Below are positions 58,759 through 64,000 of a DNA stretch of 64,000 bases, one piece after another. The notes below the pieces were generated by a model that did not search any database, was not told the origin of the DNA, and saw only the letters and a list, made by a program, of their open reading frames with translations. Source of the DNA: Gammaproteobacteria bacterium (lineage in GTDB: Bacteria; Pseudomonadota; Gammaproteobacteria; UBA4575); contig CBDCTA010000002.1 of the NCBI GenBank assembly GCA_965221955.1, positions 32,001-96,000 of the forward strand, in the 5' to 3' direction. The position numbers and the translations under genes were made by a program. Within the stretch, counting starts at the first letter, position 1. Every line of letters starts with the position of its first letter.

Positions 58759-60701
58759 GAAAAACTTCCGTAAGAGAAGGCAATGAAATAATTCGACAAT
58801 GCGGTAAAGACGGAGAAGATGTCGAAGTAATCAATCCGGATGCACGCCATCACATTGGCGTAGGTTTAATTCATCCCATTACAGTAAAAGTAAAAGGTTC
58901 TGCAGGTTATTTCTGTGCAGGATTAAGTGATGCTGCGCACTTTGAAGTGGAGAGTAATGTAGGTTGGGGTGTGGGTGACAACATGTACTCAGGTTCAGTA
59001 ATAGTTGGTGGGAATGCAGGTGCTATTCCTGGAGTTGCCATACGTGGAGCCGATATAGTAATTCGTGGAAACATGGGTTCTCGTGCAGGTCAAGTTATGA
59101 AGGCCGGAACTTTATGTTGTGAAGGTAACGCAAACTTTATGGCTGGTTATATGATGTATGGAGGGCGCATCATTATATTGGGGGATTCAGGCGAAAAAGT
59201 TGGCGAGGATATGTCTGCAGGTGAAATATTCGTAGGTGGGAAAGTTGAAGATTTAGGTTCTGACGCAGAGCTTACAGATATCGATAGTGCAGAAATAGAT
59301 GAAGTAAAGGAATTTTTGGAACGTTATAAAATTCCATTCAAAGGAAGTTTTCAAAAAGTCGTTAATGCAGGAAAGAAACTACGTTACGCAACATCTGAGC
59401 AACAAATGCGTAGCATTCCGTTTTTCTCATTTTCAGGCGCATCTGATTATTGGAATCCAAAAATCCAAGAAGATTTATATATTAAGTCTCAAATTGGACG
59501 TTATCGTATTCGTGGTTATGGTGGTGCACGACCATTACCTCATTTTTCAGACATAGCATTTAAAAAAGATTTATCTATGGCGGGTGGCGATGTAGATGTT
59601 GTTTCTAAAGTAAAAATGCGCACGGAAATCGGCGGCATTAATGGCGCAGAACCTCTTAAATTAAGTATGCCAGTCATGATTGCGCCAATGAGTTATGGTG
59701 CTCTAAGTGCATCAACGAAAAGAGCAATTGGACTCGCTTCTACGTTATCCGATATTGCAGAAAATACAGGTGAAGGGGGTATGAGTGATGCGCAACGTGG
59801 AGCGGCAAAGCAGCTAATCTTTCAAATGCTTGGAGGGAGGCTGGGTTGGAATATTCATGATATGAATCGTGCTGATGGTTTAGAAATTTATATTTCACAA
59901 GGGGCTAAGCCTGGTTTAGGTGGGCAGCTAATGGCTAAAAAAGTAACGCCAGAACTCGCAAAGATAAGAGGAATTCCTGCAGGTATTGATTTACGTTCAC
60001 CTTCTCGTCATCCAGATATTTTAGGTGCTGATGATTTAGTTATTAAAGTAGAAGAATTACGTGAAGCAACAGGTTATCGTTTACCTGTTAGTATCAAGCT
60101 TGGTGCAGGACGTGTCCGTGACGATATAAAAATTGCAGTAAAGGATGGATTTGATTTTGTAGAACTAGATGGTATGCAAGGTTCCACTGGTGCGGGAAGT
60201 GCAGAAGTAATCGACTATGTAGGTATACCGACTTTACCTGCCATTATCGAAGCATTAAATGCATTAGATGAGATTGGAAGGCGTGATGATATACAAATTG
60301 TTCTCATGGGCGGCATACGCGATGGTGTAGATGCGGCTAAAGCATTATGTTTAGGTGCAGATGCTGTAGCGTTAGGGACTTCTACTATTATTGCAGGTGG
60401 ATGTATTGCATGTATGCAGTGTCATGTTGGTCAATGTGTTACTGGTATTGCAACGCAAGATCCTGAACATGAAAAACGTTATGAGCCTGAAGTTGAAGCA
60501 CAAAACATTCATCGTTTCTTAGAAAGTGTTCGTTGGCAGATTGCTACTATTGCAAATGAACTTGGCTATAACGATGTAACACAGTTAAGTCGGGACGATT
60601 TGGTGGCGTTAACGCCCGAAGTTGCAGAGATGACGGGCTTGCCATATGAGCCCCAATATGGAGATGCAGACCTTGATATTAAAGTGAGGGCAGCAGGATG
60701 A
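58740..60701 (+). CDS. Fusion of GXGXG beta-helix (GlxC/MgsB-like) and FMN glutamate-synthase domain (GlxD/MgsC-like)
   Basis: GXGXG repeats; APMSYGALS, NTGEGG, QGAKPGLGGQL, CIACMQCHVGQCVTGIATQD. Confidence 0.88.
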   Translation: MVTIDLGKTSVREGNEIIRQCGKDGEDVEVINPDARHHIGVGLIHPITVKVKGSAGYFCAGLSDAAHFEVESNVGWGVGDNMYSGSVIVGGNAGAIPGVAIRGADIVIRGNMGSRAGQVMKAGTLCCEGNANFMAGYMMYGGRIIILGDSGEKVGEDMSAGEIFVGGKVEDLGSDAELTDIDSAEIDEVKEFLERYKIPFKGSFQKVVNAGKKLRYATSEQQMRSIPFFSFSGASDYWNPKIQEDLYIKSQIGRYRIRGYGGARPLPHFSDIAFKKDLSMAGGDVDVVSKVKMRTEIGGINGAEPLKLSMPVMIAPMSYGALSASTKRAIGLASTLSDIAENTGEGGMSDAQRGAAKQLIFQMLGGRLGWNIHDMNRADGLEIYISQGAKPGLGGQLMAKKVTPELAKIRGIPAGIDLRSPSRHPDILGADDLVIKVEELREATGYRLPVSIKLGAGRVRDDIKIAVKDGFDFVELDGMQGSTGAGSAEVIDYVGIPTLPAIIEALNALDEIGRRDDIQIVLMGGIRDGVDAAKALCLGADAVALGTSTIIAGGCIACMQCHVGQCVTGIATQDPEHEKRYEPEVEAQNIHRFLESVRWQIATIANELGYNDVTQLSRDDLVALTPEVAEMTGLPYEPQYGDADLDIKVRAAG

Positions 60702-63226
60702 GCACAGTTTATGACATTAATCGAATTTTAATGCCTGAGGTGCCGCCTGATTATGAAGATCACACGGCAGATGTAAATTATGTTCCCGCTCCATGTCAGG
60801 TGGCGTGTCCAATCGGCACCGATGCACCTTCTTATATTGGTTATATTTGGGAAGGGAAGTTTGAAGAAGCATTTGAAGCCATAACGGCAACCAATCCTTT
60901 TAGTTCTATTTGTGGTCGTGTGTGCGATGCGCCTTGTGAACCTGCATGTAGGCGAACCGATAGTGATGGACCGTTGCAAATCCGTAATTTAAAACGCTTT
61001 ATCATGGATGAGCTTGGTGCTACCTATGTGCCCAAACCAGTAGAAGTTAAGCAGTCTAAAACTGTAGCCATAGTGGGTTCTGGTCCTGCTGGTCTGACTG
61101 CAGCGAATGATTTGTGTGCTGCTGGGTTTGAAGTACATGTATATGAAATGACAGATCGTTTGGGTGGGATGATGATTTGGGGTATACCTGCATTTAGATT
61201 ACCACCAGATATCATTGAGGAAGATATCAAACGTTTGCTGAAACGTTTCCCAGGTTTACATATTCATTTAAATACAGGGTTAGGTAAAGAAATTACATTA
61301 AATGAGCTTAAAGAAAAGCATGATGCCGTTTTATTAACCATTGGCTCGTGGTGGGGAAAACCAATGGGGATTCCCGGCGAAGAAGGGAATAAAAATGTTG
61401 TTGATGGAGTAAGTTTTTTACGACATGTAAATGCTGGAGAGCGCCCTTCATTACCAGAAACAGTTGTTGTAGTGGGTGGGGGAGATGTTGCTATGGATGC
61501 TTGTCGAGCAGCATTACGATTACCAGGTTGCAAAAATGTAAAAGTTATTTATCGGCGTGGTCCACATGAAATTCCTGCTAGAAAAATTGAGCTTGAAGGA
61601 GCAATTGAGGAAGGGATTGAGTTTATATATTTTACTCAACAAACTGCTGTTGAAGAACAAAACGGAAAATTAATTCTCAAATGTGTTAAGACAAAATTAG
61701 GCGAAAAAGGTGAAGATGAACGACTTCAGCCTGAAATTGAAGAAGGAAGTGAACACGAAATTGAATGTGGAATGGTGATTGCTGCGGTTGGTCAAAAAGG
61801 TGAGTCTGAAGAATTAGCAAAACATAATCTAATGGATGTCGATCGAGTGCAAACAGATTGGGAAACGATGCGCACAAAAGACGCAAAAGTTTTTGCAGCA
61901 GGAGATGGTGCATTTGGAGGTTCTACAATTGTTATGGCTATGCAACATGGGCAACGTGCTGCGTACTATGTGAAATCATTTTTATATGGCATTGAAAACC
62001 CAATCCCCTATCGGACACCTTATCGAACACGGCGAGTACCTGTTGCACAAGATATAAAATGGGAAAAATTTAATCCACACCATCCTGAATTTTTTGGAGT
62101 AGGTGATGATCCTGTAAGTTTTCCTGAAATTGAAGCAACCTACGATTGGGACACTGCGCGCAATGAAGCATCACGGTGCTATCGTTGTGATGCGGAAACG
62201 GGTTCGCCAGACTATTCCGTCGCACATCGTGAAGATATTTTTTCTATGGCACGTACAAATCCAGCAGATCATATGAAGTTGAAATCTATGTTGCGAAAAC
62301 GATTACGTACTCGCACGAATCCTTTTCCTGAAAATCGTGCACCTAATTTAGATGACATTGTATTTTTACCGGCTAACTTATCACGTCTTGTAATTGATCC
62401 GTATCGAGAAGCGTGTAATGTCACTATGAATCTTGCCAATAAGCTAGATATGCAACATCCATTTCTAGTAACGGGTTTTGACAATGAAGCGCAAGAAATA
62501 TTTAAAGCAATGAGTCAAGGATGTGCTATATCGCATACACCTTATTTAGGTAATAAGAACCCTGGTAATGAAACGAGTTGGTTACAACTCAGTTCTAATT
62601 TGTCGGATCAAAACAAAGATACAGCAGGGTATATCTATTATCTAGACAAAGATGAAGAACCTGTACCATTAACACCAAATACAGATCATCAAATAGTTGG
62701 TTTAGCAATTTCTACGCGCATTAACCTTGAACAAGTCATTGCTAGTTCAATTGATAATAAGCATGATATTTTGGTTTTAGATGGAAGCGGTGATCTTTAT
62801 CGTAATTGGTCTGAATTAGAATCTGCACCAGATTTTAGTATATTGCGAGATACTATCCGTATTTTGCGCAAAATGAAAAAAGAAGAGATGATTGACATTG
62901 TTTATTTTGGGGGCGTGCGTTCTGGCACAGATGCAGCAAAATTAATTGGGTTAGGTGTAAATGCAGTGGTGATGGGAGTTTGTGCTGGACTTGCCATGGG
63001 TGGTGAAGTTATTAATAATAATCTTGTGTTTAGCTCAAATTATTCTGACACTGATCGCATTCAAGGATTAGCTAATATTGTTAAAGCAAATTTAGGCGAA
63101 GCATCCATGATGGCGCGTTGTACTGGAAAAACTAATTTATATAATGTAGAGCCGGAAGATTTGAGTGCTGTTACCAAGGAAACATCTAAGGTCACAGGGA
63201 TTCCGCTTTCTGGAGGATGTGTATAA
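60698..63226 (+). CDS. GltD-like Fe-S/FAD/NAD(P)H oxidoreductase fused to a degenerate glutamate-synthase FMN barrel
   Basis: APCQVACP, CGRVC.APCE.AC, GSGPAG, GGGDVAMD, FAAGD, RCYRC; then GGVRSGTDAAK..GLG, SMMARCTGK. Confidence 0.85.
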   Translation: MSTVYDINRILMPEVPPDYEDHTADVNYVPAPCQVACPIGTDAPSYIGYIWEGKFEEAFEAITATNPFSSICGRVCDAPCEPACRRTDSDGPLQIRNLKRFIMDELGATYVPKPVEVKQSKTVAIVGSGPAGLTAANDLCAAGFEVHVYEMTDRLGGMMIWGIPAFRLPPDIIEEDIKRLLKRFPGLHIHLNTGLGKEITLNELKEKHDAVLLTIGSWWGKPMGIPGEEGNKNVVDGVSFLRHVNAGERPSLPETVVVVGGGDVAMDACRAALRLPGCKNVKVIYRRGPHEIPARKIELEGAIEEGIEFIYFTQQTAVEEQNGKLILKCVKTKLGEKGEDERLQPEIEEGSEHEIECGMVIAAVGQKGESEELAKHNLMDVDRVQTDWETMRTKDAKVFAAGDGAFGGSTIVMAMQHGQRAAYYVKSFLYGIENPIPYRTPYRTRRVPVAQDIKWEKFNPHHPEFFGVGDDPVSFPEIEATYDWDTARNEASRCYRCDAETGSPDYSVAHREDIFSMARTNPADHMKLKSMLRKRLRTRTNPFPENRAPNLDDIVFLPANLSRLVIDPYREACNVTMNLANKLDMQHPFLVTGFDNEAQEIFKAMSQGCAISHTPYLGNKNPGNETSWLQLSSNLSDQNKDTAGYIYYLDKDEEPVPLTPNTDHQIVGLAISTRINLEQVIASSIDNKHDILVLDGSGDLYRNWSELESAPDFSILRDTIRILRKMKKEEMIDIVYFGGVRSGTDAAKLIGLGVNAVVMGVCAGLAMGGEVINNNLVFSSNYSDTDRIQGLANIVKANLGEASMMARCTGKTNLYNVEPEDLSAVTKETSKVTGIPLSGGCV

Positions 63227-63264
63227 AAACTTTATAGATTTAAATATTCTCCTACAGATATACT

Positions 63265-64000
63265 TCACTGAATGGTAGTTAAATTCGGCGACTTAAACGC
63301 ACCATCCATGCTAAATTTTTGCATCGAATCACTATTTTTTAATAAACTATTTATAGGTAAACGACTGATATCATTATCAGCTAGTTTTTTATCTAAACAT
63401 GTTACATTTCCTAAAGCATTTATCTGATGTTGCTTTAAGTCATACACGCCTTCGATAGTTAATAGTGATTGTTTATATTGATTTGATGAAGATCTGCTAA
63501 TGCAATCTAAGTTTTCTTTTTCTAGATAAGCAAACCACCTAGGCAATAATGTTGAAATTGATGTTCCAGAAATTAAAGCATTTATTTTAATATCTAGATT
63601 TTCATTATTATTTAGAAAAAGGGCATTTCCTTCAGCATGCGCTTCTTCTAAGTTTATTATCGCTTTATCTAATTCTATATGTGAAAAATTATTTAATGCA
63701 TTCCCAACTATCTGGAGGGAAAATATTTCTAAATTTTTTCCAAAATAGTCAATTAATTCTAACGAACCTTTTTCGCTAACCAAATCAAATTCTGCTTTAT
63801 TGATGATTAGAAGCTTATCTATCTCAATTTCTACTTTTCCAGTTAATTGTACTTCTAGGGGTGTAAGGTAAGTGAAATGTGGTGCAATTTCTGTTAATAG
63901 GGCAGGCCTTATTTTATCTAAATTAACTATTAAATTGAGTTTTTCATTACGTGTTTTATAGATACATTTCCCAGAAATATGTAAATTTTCATTCCTTGCT
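63265..64000 (-). CDS. Hypothetical protein, C-terminal part (possibly AsmA-like); frame open to the window end
   Basis: No stop codon in frame from 63783 to 64000; C-terminal FSMDGAFKSP resembles AsmA/TamB-type ends. Confidence 0.55.
   Translation of the reverse strand, partial: ARNENLHISGKCIYKTRNEKLNLIVNLDKIRPALLTEIAPHFTYLTPLEVQLTGKVEIEIDKLLIINKAEFDLVSEKGSLELIDYFGKNLEIFSLQIVGNALNNFSHIELDKAIINLEEAHAEGNALFLNNNENLDIKINALISGTSISTLLPRWFAYLEKENLDCISRSSSNQYKQSLLTIEGVYDLKQHQINALGNVTCLDKKLADNDISRLPINSLLKNSDSMQKFSMDGAFKSPNLTTIQ

Noticed and set aside
1059-62484. Many short antisense or alternate-frame ORFs in the track (e.g. 8089-8472, 22233-22613, 42136-42498, 54000-54293)
   Set aside because: They overlap well-supported genes and have no recognisable motifs; shadow ORFs.
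1-64000. CRISPR arrays, tRNA/rRNA genes, IS elements, defence systems
   Set aside because: No regularly spaced repeats, cloverleafs, transposase or nuclease motifs found by inspection.

Overview
AT-rich (about 35% GC by eye) gammaproteobacterial chromosome segment, probably marine. 1-16.6 kb: polar-flagellum cluster fliF(partial)GHIJK-fliLMNOPQR-flhBAFG-fliA with sigma54 promoters. The che genes normally found between fliA and DUF2802 are missing. 16.7-21 kb: genes with candidate sigma28 promoters (Cys-rich microprotein, voltage-gated K+ channel, HDOD-GGDEF and an HDOD-only paralogue). 22-36.6 kb: an apparently self-contained sigma54 regulon around a CbrB-like activator. Four -24/-12 promoters, each with TGTTTC/GAAACA upstream sites, drive a flavin reductase, an orphan ABC binding protein, ribBA/EF-Ts-N microprotein/SfnG-like monooxygenase/FMN reductase/hypothetical/NUDIX, and osmC/osmC/acs/lipoyl-lpdA. 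36.6-43.3 kb: proteobacterial dedicated sortase (PDS) system. 43-49 kb: assorted small genes. 49-63 kb: a nitrogen/C1 island with an atypical Amt plus small partner, a divergent urease operon (ureE-F-AB-C-G-D, Ni transporter, B3/B4 editing domain) whose UreC has an altered substrate pocket, and, divergently, an N-methylglutamate-synthase/glutamate-synthase-like cluster with unusual fusions. Several single-base frameshifts (fliK, binding protein, ribBA, B3/B4) look like sequencing indels. Best candidates for undescribed systems: the SfnG-like/OsmC/LpdA sigma54 regulon and the urease paralogue linked to the Mgs-like cluster. All calls come from motif recognition; no database searches were run.
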